64,000 nt of DNA from Lysobacteraceae bacterium (GCA_004297225.1 SCUI01000004.1:38724-102723), one strand, 5' to 3'; positions 54,542-63,190 are shown, counted from the stretch's first letter. Program-made: numbers and translations. Notes: generated by a model not told the origin, from the sequence alone.

Positions 54542-55321
54542 TAAAAGGGAACCATCCGACGGGAGGTTGAACAGGCGTTCGGCGTTGGCGGTGGTGATGG
54601 CGGCGATTTCGGCGGGGTCCTGGTCGCGGATCACGGCGATGGCATCGAGCACGGCGGTGAGGCGGGCGGGTTCGTTGCGCTGGCCCTGGGTGTGGCAGTC
54701 GGGTTGGTCGGGCGCATCGGTTTCCAGCAGCAGGTACTGCAGCGGCATCGACGCGGCCAGCCGGCGGATGCGCCTGGCGCGTGCATAGGTGACCGGCCCG
54801 CCGAGGCCGACCAGGAAGCCGTTTTCCCACAGCTGCTCGGCTTGCTGCCGACTGCCGGAGAAGCTGTGCACCACGCCGCGCAGGCCGCCGACCCGGCGGA
54901 TGGCCAGCAGCACCTCTTCCACCGCGCGCCGCGCATGCACGATCACCGGCAGGTCGAACTCGCGCGCGATCTCCAGCTGCGCTTCGAAATAGTGCAGCTG
55001 CGCCGCGCGGTCCAGGCCCTCGACGAAATGATCCAGCCCGCATTCGCCCACCGCCAGCGGCCGCTCGCGTTCGATCCACTCGCGCAACTGCCCGAGATGC
55101 TGCGGCGCGTGGCCGGCGAGGAAGGTCGGGTGCAGGCCGTACGCCGGGAACAGGCCTTCGATCGCCGCGCAGACGTCACGCAGCTTCGGCCAGGAGATGG
55201 CGTCGACCGCCGGTACCACCTGCCGCGCGACGCCCGCCGCGCGCGCACGTTCGACGACCGCCGCGCGGTCGGCATCGAACTCGTCGGCATCGATGTGGCT
55301 GTGGCTGTCGACCAGCTGCAT
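54512..55321 (-). CDS. tatD: TatD family metal-dependent hydrolase
   Basis: Contains LVDSHSHID plus the ECGLD, HAR and ETDAP motifs. The last ~10 codons are encoded by the right arm of MITE-like copy D. Confidence 0.88.
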   Translation of the reverse strand: MQLVDSHSHIDADEFDADRAAVVERARAAGVARQVVPAVDAISWPKLRDVCAAIEGLFPAYGLHPTFLAGHAPQHLGQLREWIERERPLAVGECGLDHFVEGLDRAAQLHYFEAQLEIAREFDLPVIVHARRAVEEVLLAIRRVGGLRGVVHSFSGSRQQAEQLWENGFLVGLGGPVTYARARRIRRLAASMPLQYLLLETDAPDQPDCHTQGQRNEPARLTAVLDAIAVIRDQDPAEIAAITTANAERLFNLPSDGSLLDADHADRSG

Positions 55322-55325
55322 GCGC

Positions 55326-55523
55326 TCAGCCCGCGTTCTTCCCGCGGTTCTTCCAGCTCGCCAGCAGCAGCGTGCCCAGGCCCAGCAGGATTTCGTCGAC
55401 CAGCGGGATGACGTCCGGCACCACCAGGTCGACCACGAACAGGGCGGCCGCCAGCAGGAACAGGCGAGGGAAGCTCAACCGCGACAGCCAGCGCAGCGCG
55501 GGGGCAAGCAGTGGATTGGCCAT
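55326..55523 (-). CDS. Small membrane protein (65 aa, one or two TM segments)
   Basis: It ends 4 nt before the tatD start, has a hydrophobic core (LFLLAAALFVVDLVVP) and high third-position GC. Confidence 0.55.
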   Translation of the reverse strand: MANPLLAPALRWLSRLSFPRLFLLAAALFVVDLVVPDVIPLVDEILLGLGTLLLASWKNRGKNAG

Positions 55524-55711
55524 GGCCCGTTCCGGAACGTGGAATGAAGTGTGACCACGCTAGCAGATCGATCCGTCGCACGGCGCGCACGCGGTGCTGG
55601 TTAATCGGGCAGTCATGCACGTCGAGGCGAGGGCAGTTCGTGTTCAGCCTCGCGGTGCTGGAATCCGGATCGAGATGACGAAGTGCGGACGACCGCACCC
55701 GAGGAGGCGAC

Positions 55712-56488
55712 ATGAAGAGCAATACCCTTGCAATCGCACTGGCCGCGTTGCTGGTTGGTGGCGTGGCCGTGGCAGCCTTCCAGAACAACGACCGGAACGA
55801 CAATGCCTTCTTCACGGACGAGAACAGCGTCGGCGAGCAAGGCGCGCAGCGCGCCGGCCTGGAGTACGCACAGGTGCTCGAGGTGGCCCCGGTCACCGAA
55901 TCGCGCGAACGCTATGCCACCGTGATTGGCACCGAGCCGGTGCGCGAGACCAGCACCACCACCGTGCCGCGCGAGGTCTGCGAGGACGTGGTCGTGGCCG
56001 AGCGGATGCCCGAGCGCGACGGCAACGTCGGCGGCACCGTCGCCGGCGCCGTGATCGGCGGCCTGGTCGGCAACCAGGTCGGCGGCGGCAACGGCCGCAA
56101 GCTCGCGACCGTGGGTGGCGCGGTGGCCGGCGGCATGATCGGCAACCGCGTGGACCGCAACCATGTCGGCGGCCAGGTGGTGAACCGGACCGAGCGTCGC
56201 TGCCACACCGCCAACAGCACCTCGTCGTCCTCGCGGACCGTGGCCTGGAACGTGACCTACCGCAACCCGGACGGCACGACCGGCTCGATGCGCACCGACA
56301 GCAAGCCGGGCGAGCGCATCGCGCTGGGCAGCGAGGACGTGCCGGTCGCCTATGACGTGACCTATCGCTACGACGGCCAGGAAGCCACCGTGCGCCTGCC
56401 CGAACGCCCGGCCGGCGACCGCTTGCCAGTGGTCGATGGCCAGGTCGTCACCCAGGTGGCCGCCGTCTCCGGTACCAATCGCCAGTAG
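55712..56488 (+). CDS. Glycine-zipper 2TM domain protein with an N-terminal signal/anchor
   Basis: Carries the glycine zipper GGTVAGAVIGGLVGNQVGGGNGRKLATVGGAVAGGMIGN. A GAGGAGG Shine-Dalgarno lies upstream. Confidence 0.75.
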   Translation: MKSNTLAIALAALLVGGVAVAAFQNNDRNDNAFFTDENSVGEQGAQRAGLEYAQVLEVAPVTESRERYATVIGTEPVRETSTTTVPREVCEDVVVAERMPERDGNVGGTVAGAVIGGLVGNQVGGGNGRKLATVGGAVAGGMIGNRVDRNHVGGQVVNRTERRCHTANSTSSSSRTVAWNVTYRNPDGTTGSMRTDSKPGERIALGSEDVPVAYDVTYRYDGQEATVRLPERPAGDRLPVVDGQVVTQVAAVSGTNRQ

Positions 56489-56514
56489 GCGATACGGGGA
56501 ATACGGCGACTCCG

Positions 56515-56549
56515 CGGGCCCGGCAGTGCCGCCGGGCCCGTGTCTTTTT
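56515..56549 (+). terminator. Rho-independent terminator
   Basis: The hairpin cgggcccggc-agtgcc-gccgggcccg is followed by tgtcttttt. Confidence 0.8.
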
Positions 56550-56589
56550 GCGACAATGGCGGTTTCCAATCCGGGGAACCCGTACCGCC

Positions 56590-57753
56590 ATGGCCCTGCA
56601 CCCCTACGATCTGTTCGACGTCCGCTCCCTGCTCAGCGAGGAGGAGCGTGCGGTGCAGGACTCCGTCGCCCGGTTCACCGATGAGCGCGTGCTGCCGATC
56701 ATCGGCGCGGCCTTCGACGAGGGCCGGTTCCCGAAGGAACTGGTGCCCGAGATCGCCGAAATGGGCCTGCTCGGTTCCTCGCTGCCCGAGGAATACGGCT
56801 GCGCCGGGCTCAACGGCACCAGCTACGGCCTGATCTGCCAGGAACTGGAGCGCGGCGACAGCGGCATCCGCAGCTTCGTCAGCGTGCAGTCTTCGCTGTG
56901 CATGTATCCCATCTACGCCTACGGCAGCGAGGAGCAGCGCGGGCGCTGGTTGCCGGACATGGCGGCGGGCAAGGTCATCGGCTGCTTCGGCCTGACCGAA
57001 CCGCACGGCGGCTCGGACCCGGCCAACATGAAGACCCATGCCCGGCGCGACGGCGACGACTGGGTGCTCAACGGCTCGAAGATGTGGATCACCAACGGCA
57101 ACCTGGCCGACATCGCCATCGTCTGGGCGCAGACCGACGACGGCATCCAGGGCTTCGTGCTGGAGAAGGGCATGGCCGGCTTCAGCGCCCAGGAGATCAA
57201 GCACAAGATGAGCCTGCGCGCGTCGGTGACCAGCGCGCTGTTCTTCGACAACGTGCGCGTGCCCGACGCCAACCGCCTGCCCAACGTCAAGGGACTCAAG
57301 GGCCCGCTGGGCTGCCTCACGCAGGCCCGTTACGGCATCACCTGGGGCCCGGTGGGCGCCGCGATCGCCTGCCTCGACGAGGCGCTGAAGTATTCCAAGG
57401 AACGCATCCTGTTCGGCCGCCCGGTGGCCGCGACCCAGAGCGCACAGCTGAAGCTGGCCGACATGGCCCGCCGCATCACCGGCGCGCAGCTGCTGGTGCT
57501 GCAGCTCGGCCGCTTGAAGGACGCCGGGAAGATGGCGCCGCAACAGGTGTCGCTGGCGAAATGGAACAACTGCCGCATGGCGATCGACATCGCCCGCCAG
57601 TGCCGGGACCTGCTCGGCGCCGCCGGCATCACCACCGAGCACGCCGCGATCCGCCACGGCCTGAACATGGAATCGGTGATCACCTACGAGGGCACCGAAA
57701 CCGTGCACCAGCTGGTGATCGGCCGCGAACTGACGGGCATCAACGCGTTCTGA
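56590..57753 (+). CDS. gcdH: Glutaryl-CoA dehydrogenase (acyl-CoA dehydrogenase family)
   Basis: GLTEPHGGSDP, KMWITNG and the C-terminal YEGTETVHQLVIGRELTGINAF are typical of GcdH. Confidence 0.88.
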   Translation: MALHPYDLFDVRSLLSEEERAVQDSVARFTDERVLPIIGAAFDEGRFPKELVPEIAEMGLLGSSLPEEYGCAGLNGTSYGLICQELERGDSGIRSFVSVQSSLCMYPIYAYGSEEQRGRWLPDMAAGKVIGCFGLTEPHGGSDPANMKTHARRDGDDWVLNGSKMWITNGNLADIAIVWAQTDDGIQGFVLEKGMAGFSAQEIKHKMSLRASVTSALFFDNVRVPDANRLPNVKGLKGPLGCLTQARYGITWGPVGAAIACLDEALKYSKERILFGRPVAATQSAQLKLADMARRITGAQLLVLQLGRLKDAGKMAPQQVSLAKWNNCRMAIDIARQCRDLLGAAGITTEHAAIRHGLNMESVITYEGTETVHQLVIGRELTGINAF

Positions 57754-57755
57754 CC

Positions 57756-58292
57756 GTGGAACTGCGCACCGACCGCTTGCTGCTGCGCCTGCCGCAGACC
57801 GGCGACTTCGACCGCTACGCCGAAACCATCGGCGACGAGGTCGCCGCGCGCTACATCGGCGGCGCGCAATCCCGCGCGGGCGCCTGGCGCCGCTTCCTGC
57901 AGATGCCGGGCGCCTGGGCGCTGCAGGGCTTCGCCATGTTCTCGGTGGTGGAGAAGTCCAGCGGCCTTTGGGTGGGCCAATGCGGCCCGTGGCGCCCGGA
58001 GGGCTGGCCCGGCAACGAGGTCGGCTGGACCTTCCATCGCGACGCATGGGGCAAGGGTTACGCCACCGAAGCGGCGACCGCGGCGATGGATTACGCCTTC
58101 GACACGCTCGGCTGGGACCGCGTGATCCATTGCATCGATCCGGACAACCTCGCCTCGCAGCGCGTCGCCCTGCGCCTGGGTTCGCAGAACCAGGGCCCTG
58201 GCAAGCTGCCGGCGCCGTACGAGCATTCACCGACCGAAATCTGGGGGCAGTCGCGCGCCGAGTGGCAGGCGCGACGTGCATCCGCCGCCTGA
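57756..58292 (+). CDS. GNAT family N-acetyltransferase (RimJ/RimL-like)
   Basis: GTG start 3 nt after the gcdH stop. Contains LRTDRLLLRLP and WGKGYATEAATAAMDYAF motifs. Confidence 0.78.
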   Translation: MELRTDRLLLRLPQTGDFDRYAETIGDEVAARYIGGAQSRAGAWRRFLQMPGAWALQGFAMFSVVEKSSGLWVGQCGPWRPEGWPGNEVGWTFHRDAWGKGYATEAATAAMDYAFDTLGWDRVIHCIDPDNLASQRVALRLGSQNQGPGKLPAPYEHSPTEIWGQSRAEWQARRASAA

Positions 58293-58300
58293 GGGGAACC

Positions 58301-60568
58301 ATGTCCACCGTCGCCAAACCGATCCCAGCGCGCATGAAGGGCCTCAACCGGGCCGAGATCTGCGACGTCAACTTCCAGGAGTTCGTGCGCGACTGGAACG
58401 GCAGCGTTGCCACCACGCCTGGCGCCGGCCACTCGATCCTGCCCGGCAGCGCGCTCGACGCGCGCGGCTTCCGCGAACTGTTCGAATCGCAGCTGGTCAG
58501 CCGCCACCTCGACCTGATGGCGCGCGTGCTGCGCGTGCAGAACAAGGTCTTCTACACCATTGGTTCCTCCGGACACGAAGGCAATGCGATGGTGGCGCGG
58601 GCGACGCGGCATACCGATCCGGCGTTCCTGCACTACCGTTCCGGCGGCTTCATGGCCGAGCGCTTCCGCAAATTGCCGGGCATGGACCCGGTGATGGATT
58701 CGGCGCTGTCGTTCGCCGCGTCGAAGGATGATCCGGCGTCCGGCGGGCGCCACAAGGTGTGGGGCAGCAAGCCGCTGTGGGTGCTGCCGCAGACCTCGAC
58801 GATCGCCTCGCACCTGCCCAAGGCCTTCGGCACCGCGATCGCGATCGAGCAGGCGCGCCGCATCGGACACGCGCTGCCGATCCCGCAGGACAGCATCGCG
58901 ATCTGCTCGTTCGGGGACGCCTCCAGCAACCACGCCACCGCGCAGACCGCGTTCAACGCCGCGGCGTGGACCGCCTACCAGAAGCTGCCCGCGCCGGTGC
59001 TGTTCGTGTGCGAGGACAACGGCATCGGCATCTCGGTGAAGACGCCCGACGGCTGGGTCGCGCGCAACTTCGCGCATCGGCCGGACCTGGACTATTTCGC
59101 CGCCGACGGCCTGGACCTGGCCTCCGGGTACGGCGACGTCGAGCGCGCGGTCGAGCATTGCCGGCGCACGCGCCGGCCGACCTTCCTGCACCTGCGCACC
59201 ACCCGGATCATGGGCCACGCCGGCACCGACTTCGAGATCGAATGGCGCTCGATCGAGGAACTGTGCGCGGTGGAGGCCACCGATCCGTTGCTGCGTTCGG
59301 CGGCGATCGCGCTCGAATCCGGGTTGATGTCCAGGGACGAGATCCTCGGGCTGTACGAGGACACGCGGAAGAAGTGCTTCGCCGCGGCCGAGGCGGCCGA
59401 CCGGCGCCCGCGGCTGTCCTCGCTGCAGGAGGTGATGGCGCCGCTGGCGCCGTACACGCCGGGCGCGGTGAAGGCCGAGGCCGAACGCGCGCCGGCAGCC
59501 GAGGCGCGCGCCAGGGCATTCGGCGGCGAGGACAAGCTGCCGGAGAAGCAGGCGCCCAGGCACCTCGCCATCCAGATCAACAACGCGCTGCACGACCTGT
59601 TCGCCAAGTACCCGGAAACGCTGCTGTTCGGCGAGGACGTGGCGCAGAAGGGCGGCGTCTACACCGTCACCAAGGGCCTGCAGAAGGCGTTCGGACCGCG
59701 CCGCGTGTTCAACACGCTGCTGGACGAGACCATCATCCTGGGGCTGGCGCAGGGCTTCGCCAACATGGGCATGCTGCCGCTGCCGGAGATCCAGTACCTG
59801 GCCTACCTGCACAACGCCGCCGACCAGATCCGCGGCGAGGCGGCGAGCCTGCAGTTCTTCAGCAACGACCAGTACCGCAACCCGATGGTCGTGCGCATCG
59901 CCTCGCTCGGCTACCAGCGCGGCTTCGGCGGCCATTTCCACAACGACAACTCGATCACCGCGCTGCGGGACATCCCCGGCCTGGTGGTCGGTTGCCCCTC
60001 GCGCGGCGACGACGCGGCGACGATGCTGCGCACGCTGGCCGCGCTGGCGAAGGTGGACGGGCGCGTGTGCGCGTTCCTCGAGCCGATCGCGCTGTACATG
60101 ACCAAGGACCTGCACGAGGCCGGCGATGGCGGCTGGCTCACCGAATACCCCGCGCCCGACCAGGCGATGCCGCTGGGGGAGGGCCGCGTCTACGGCGAAG
60201 GCAACAACGACCTGGTGGTCTTCACCTTCGGCAACGGCGTGCCGATGAGCCTGCGCGCCGCGCGCACGATCGAGGCGAAGCACGGCTGGAAGGTGCGGGT
60301 GTGCGACCTGCGCTGGTTGGTGCCGCTCAACGAAGCCTGGATTCGTGAGCAGGCCGCCAGCGCGAAGCGCATCCTCATCGTCGACGAAGGCCGCCGCAGC
60401 GCCGGCGTGGGCGAGGGCATCATCACCGCGGTGGTCGAAGGCGGCTTCGGCGCGCGCCCGTTCCGCCGCGTCGTCGGCGCCGACACCTTCACCCCGCTCG
60501 CCGGCGCTGCGTTCCTGGTGATCCCCAGCGAAGAGGAAATCGTCGCCGCCGCCGACTCACTTGCGTAA
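58301..60568 (+). CDS. Fused alpha/beta E1 component of a 2-oxoacid dehydrogenase-type TPP enzyme
   Basis: The N-terminal half resembles E1-alpha (GDASSNHATAQTAFNAAAW, VCEDNGIGIS). The C-terminal half resembles E1-beta (FGEDV...GGVY, NTLLDETIILGLAQG, transketolase C-like end). No E2 or E3 gene is adjacent. Confidence 0.8.
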   Translation: MSTVAKPIPARMKGLNRAEICDVNFQEFVRDWNGSVATTPGAGHSILPGSALDARGFRELFESQLVSRHLDLMARVLRVQNKVFYTIGSSGHEGNAMVARATRHTDPAFLHYRSGGFMAERFRKLPGMDPVMDSALSFAASKDDPASGGRHKVWGSKPLWVLPQTSTIASHLPKAFGTAIAIEQARRIGHALPIPQDSIAICSFGDASSNHATAQTAFNAAAWTAYQKLPAPVLFVCEDNGIGISVKTPDGWVARNFAHRPDLDYFAADGLDLASGYGDVERAVEHCRRTRRPTFLHLRTTRIMGHAGTDFEIEWRSIEELCAVEATDPLLRSAAIALESGLMSRDEILGLYEDTRKKCFAAAEAADRRPRLSSLQEVMAPLAPYTPGAVKAEAERAPAAEARARAFGGEDKLPEKQAPRHLAIQINNALHDLFAKYPETLLFGEDVAQKGGVYTVTKGLQKAFGPRRVFNTLLDETIILGLAQGFANMGMLPLPEIQYLAYLHNAADQIRGEAASLQFFSNDQYRNPMVVRIASLGYQRGFGGHFHNDNSITALRDIPGLVVGCPSRGDDAATMLRTLAALAKVDGRVCAFLEPIALYMTKDLHEAGDGGWLTEYPAPDQAMPLGEGRVYGEGNNDLVVFTFGNGVPMSLRAARTIEAKHGWKVRVCDLRWLVPLNEAWIREQAASAKRILIVDEGRRSAGVGEGIITAVVEGGFGARPFRRVVGADTFTPLAGAAFLVIPSEEEIVAAADSLA

Positions 60569-61234
60569 CCGCGACGCATCCACCCATTCGTCCCAGGCGC
60601 TGCCCCAGCCGTCGTAGGTGACCAGGTAGCGGCCGTTCTCCGCCCGCAGGATCTTCCCCGGGTACCAGCCGCCGCTCCATGCGATCTCCACGCGCATGCC
60701 GGTGGCGTACGCACTACCGCCTGGCGCGCGCGTGCCGGCAGTCGGCGCCGGCGCGGGCGCCGCAGCGCTGCCGCCCAGGCGCGTACCCGTCGCCGCGTGT
60801 CCGCCGACGCCACCGAACAGCACCACCAGCGTGTCGCCGGCGCGGTAATAGAACTCGTATTCGTCGCCGCTCGCGTGCACGACACGGAAATAGCGGCGAT
60901 CCGCCTGCGCGTGCCACGGCCGCACTTCCTCCAGGCGTCCCTGCCTGTCGCCCCAGCGGTATCGCCCGTCGGACGCGATCTCCAACCGGTTCATCGCCGC
61001 GCCCGGCTGGTAGTGCTGCGCGATGCGCAATCCGTCGGTGGTGTAGTAGACCGAACCAGGGATCCATACTTCCCACGCGCCGACGATGCGCGCGTCGATC
61101 GGGCCGGCATCGGGCACGCGCGCGGCGCGTTCCATCGAACGCGGATCGACCTGTTGCCCGCCGGAGACGGAAGCGACAGGCACGGTGGCGACGACGCCGA
61201 ACAGGGCGGCGTGGAGCAGCACGTTGCGACGCAT
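60557..61234 (-). CDS. Secreted protein with a C-terminal Tudor/agenet-like (SH3-fold) domain
   Basis: Signal peptide MRRNVLLHAALFGVVATVPVASV. The C-terminal GMRVEIAWSGGWYPGKILRAENGRYLVTYDGWGSAWDEWVDASRLR follows the Tudor-like pattern. It overlaps the E1 gene 3' end by 12 nt. Confidence 0.6.
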   Translation of the reverse strand: MRRNVLLHAALFGVVATVPVASVSGGQQVDPRSMERAARVPDAGPIDARIVGAWEVWIPGSVYYTTDGLRIAQHYQPGAAMNRLEIASDGRYRWGDRQGRLEEVRPWHAQADRRYFRVVHASGDEYEFYYRAGDTLVVLFGGVGGHAATGTRLGGSAAAPAPAPTAGTRAPGGSAYATGMRVEIAWSGGWYPGKILRAENGRYLVTYDGWGSAWDEWVDASRLRK

Positions 61235-61257
61235 GGAATTCCCCTGGAAACATGGCC

Positions 61258-62103
61258 TCAGGCCGGTCGCGCCAATCCCCCGAGGAATCCACGGGCGGGC
61301 GCGGTGCGCCCGTGGACGCGGAAAGCGTCGTCGGCCGCGTCCAGCGGTGCCACGACCTGGATCAAGTGCAGGCCATCGGTCCCGGTCGCCACGCAGACGA
61401 CTTCGCCCAGCGGTTCGCCCGCCGCGTCCTGCACGCGCTCGCCGGGTGCCGGCGCCACGTCGGCGGCCAGCAGCCGCAGGCCACGCTTGGCCTGGCCGAG
61501 GAAATGCGTGCGCGCGACGATCTCCTGGCCCGGATAACAGCCCTTTTTCACGCTGAAGGCGCGCAGGCGCTCCAGCGAAAGCTGCTGCGGCGTCCATTTC
61601 TCCGCCTGCGCCGGCGCCAGCCGCGGCAGGCCGTGGGCGACGTCGGCGGCGCGCCATCGGGCGAGGGCGGCGGGGTCGGGAGCAGCTGGATCGCCGCCGA
61701 TGAGCAGGGTGCGCGGGCCGCCTTCACCGGACATGTCGAGGGAGAGAACCCCGTCGCGGCTTCCGCCGCTCCCACAACCGAGGAGTGCGGAAATCGGCAG
61801 ATCCGGCGTCGCGATGGCCACTTTGCTGCGGAACACGAACCGCCGCAGCGCACTTGCGAACGATTCTCGATCCGCGTCCGGCAGCACCAGCCACACCGAT
61901 TCCGGCGCGCGCCGCAGCAGCGCGAACAGCGCCAGCACGCGGCCTTTCGGCGTCAACCAGCCGCTCCAGTGCCATTGCCCATCGCCCAGCGAAGTGACGT
62001 CGCTCATGAACTGCGCGTGCGAAAACGCGATGGCGTCGCGCCCCTCCAGCGTCACCAGGCCATGGCCCGGCAGGGCGAACGGAACGTGCGGCTTGTCGGT
62101 CAT
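61258..62103 (-). CDS. ygfZ: YgfZ folate-binding Fe-S cluster repair/tRNA-modification protein
   Basis: Carries the KGCYPGQE signature and a GcvT-like N-terminal fold (LVTLEGRDAIAF). It contains a REP3-encoded segment. Confidence 0.85.
   Translation of the reverse strand: MTDKPHVPFALPGHGLVTLEGRDAIAFSHAQFMSDVTSLGDGQWHWSGWLTPKGRVLALFALLRRAPESVWLVLPDADRESFASALRRFVFRSKVAIATPDLPISALLGCGSGGSRDGVLSLDMSGEGGPRTLLIGGDPAAPDPAALARWRAADVAHGLPRLAPAQAEKWTPQQLSLERLRAFSVKKGCYPGQEIVARTHFLGQAKRGLRLLAADVAPAPGERVQDAAGEPLGEVVCVATGTDGLHLIQVVAPLDAADDAFRVHGRTAPARGFLGGLARPA
61753..61779. repeat. REP3 unit in-frame inside ygfZ (encodes LGCGSGGSRDGV)
   Basis: gtcgcggcttccgccgctcccacaacc matches the intergenic REP3 copies. 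Confidence 0.82.
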
Positions 62104-62143
62104 CGGGCGCGGGTCGTACACTTTCACGGCTGTGAACGACACG

Positions 62144-62308
62144 ATGATAGGCGAAACCGTTCCCGATCCCGAGGCCACGCACGGCGAGGCCGAGGCGACG
62201 ATGCCGACGCCGGCCGCGCCCCAGGCGCCCGAGTACGGCGGCCGCGAAGGCCCCGACCCGACGCGTTACGGGGATTGGGAAAAGAATGGCCGCTGCATCG
62301 ATTTCTGA
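62144..62308 (+). CDS. DUF1674 (SDHAF4-like succinate dehydrogenase assembly factor) small protein
   Basis: The C-terminal EYGGREGPDPTRYGDWEKNGRCIDF is the DUF1674 signature. It lies immediately upstream of sdhC. Confidence 0.75.
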   Translation: MIGETVPDPEATHGEAEATMPTPAAPQAPEYGGREGPDPTRYGDWEKNGRCIDF

Positions 62309-62347
62309 CGTCGACGACGTCGCAACGAACCGCCAGGACGAGCCCTG

Positions 62348-62737
62348 ATGCCGACCCGCGAACGTCCCCTGTCACCGCACCTGCAGGTGTATCGCTGGCA
62401 GATCACGATGACGATGTCGATCCTGCATCGCGTCACCGGCGTGATCCTTTCGGGCGGCGCGTTCGCGCTGGCCGCGTGGCTGCTGGCGCTGGCCGCTGGC
62501 GGCGATGCCTATGCCAACGCCGCCGAATGCCTGGCCTCGCCGCTGGGCCAGCTGTTCCTGTTCGGCTTCACCCTGGCGCTGGCCTACCACCTGTTCAACG
62601 GCATCCGCCACCTGCTGTGGGACGCCGGCTGGGGTTTCCAGATCCCCGAGTTCTACGCCTCGGGCTGGACGGTCGCCGCCTTGTCGGTGGTGTTCACCCT
62701 GGTGATCTGGATCGTGGCGATGGGAGCGGGCGCATGA
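62348..62737 (+). CDS. sdhC: Succinate dehydrogenase cytochrome b556 subunit
   Basis: RPLSPHLQVYRWQITMTMSILHRVTG is the SdhC N-terminal signature, and there are three TM helices. Confidence 0.92.
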   Translation: MPTRERPLSPHLQVYRWQITMTMSILHRVTGVILSGGAFALAAWLLALAAGGDAYANAAECLASPLGQLFLFGFTLALAYHLFNGIRHLLWDAGWGFQIPEFYASGWTVAALSVVFTLVIWIVAMGAGA

Positions 62738-63183
62738 GCAATCTCGGCACCACGGGCACGCCGCGTCGCGACCCACACGCCGGCACCCGGCTGGACTCGA
62801 TGCGCTCGCCGATGAAGCGCGCGCGCGGGCTCGGTTCGGGCAAGAGCGGCACCGGCCACTGGTGGTGGCAACGCGTGACCGCCGTGGCGCTGGTCCTGCT
62901 GATGGCCTGGCTGGTCGGGCTGCTGGTGTCGTTGGTCGGCGCCGACCTGGCGCAGGCCCGCGCGACCATCGCCCGGCCGTGGAATGCGATCCTGCTGGCG
63001 CTGCTGGTGGTCGCGATGTTCTGGCACGCCAAGCTCGGCCTGCAGGTGATCATCGAGGACTACGTGCACACGCGCCTGGCCGAGGTGCTGCTGCAACTCC
63101 TGGTCGTCTTCGCCTGCGCGGCCGGCGCGCTGGCCAGCCTGTACGCGATCGCGCGCATCGCGGTCCTCGCCCCCATTTCCTGA
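62734..63183 (+). CDS. sdhD: Succinate dehydrogenase hydrophobic membrane anchor subunit
   Basis: The ATG overlaps the sdhC stop. Contains [13 protein letters not shown] and [14 protein letters not shown] motifs. Confidence 0.88.
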   Translation: MSNLGTTGTPRRDPHAGTRLDSMRSPMKRARGLGSGKSGTGHWWWQRVTAVALVLLMAWLVGLLVSLVGADLAQARATIARPWNAILLALLVVAMFWHAKLGLQVIIEDYVHTRLAEVLLQLLVVFACAAGALASLYAIARIAVLAPIS

Positions 63184-63190
63184 GTCCGCC

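Noticed and set aside
55524-55711. Two short hairpins (cgaggcgagg…cctcgcg and gtgcgg-acga-ccgcac) in the 188-nt gap upstream of the glycine-zipper gene, considered as a possible riboswitch
   Set aside because: I recognise no match to any known riboswitch core, and such stems are common in GC-rich leaders. A covariance-model scan would be needed.
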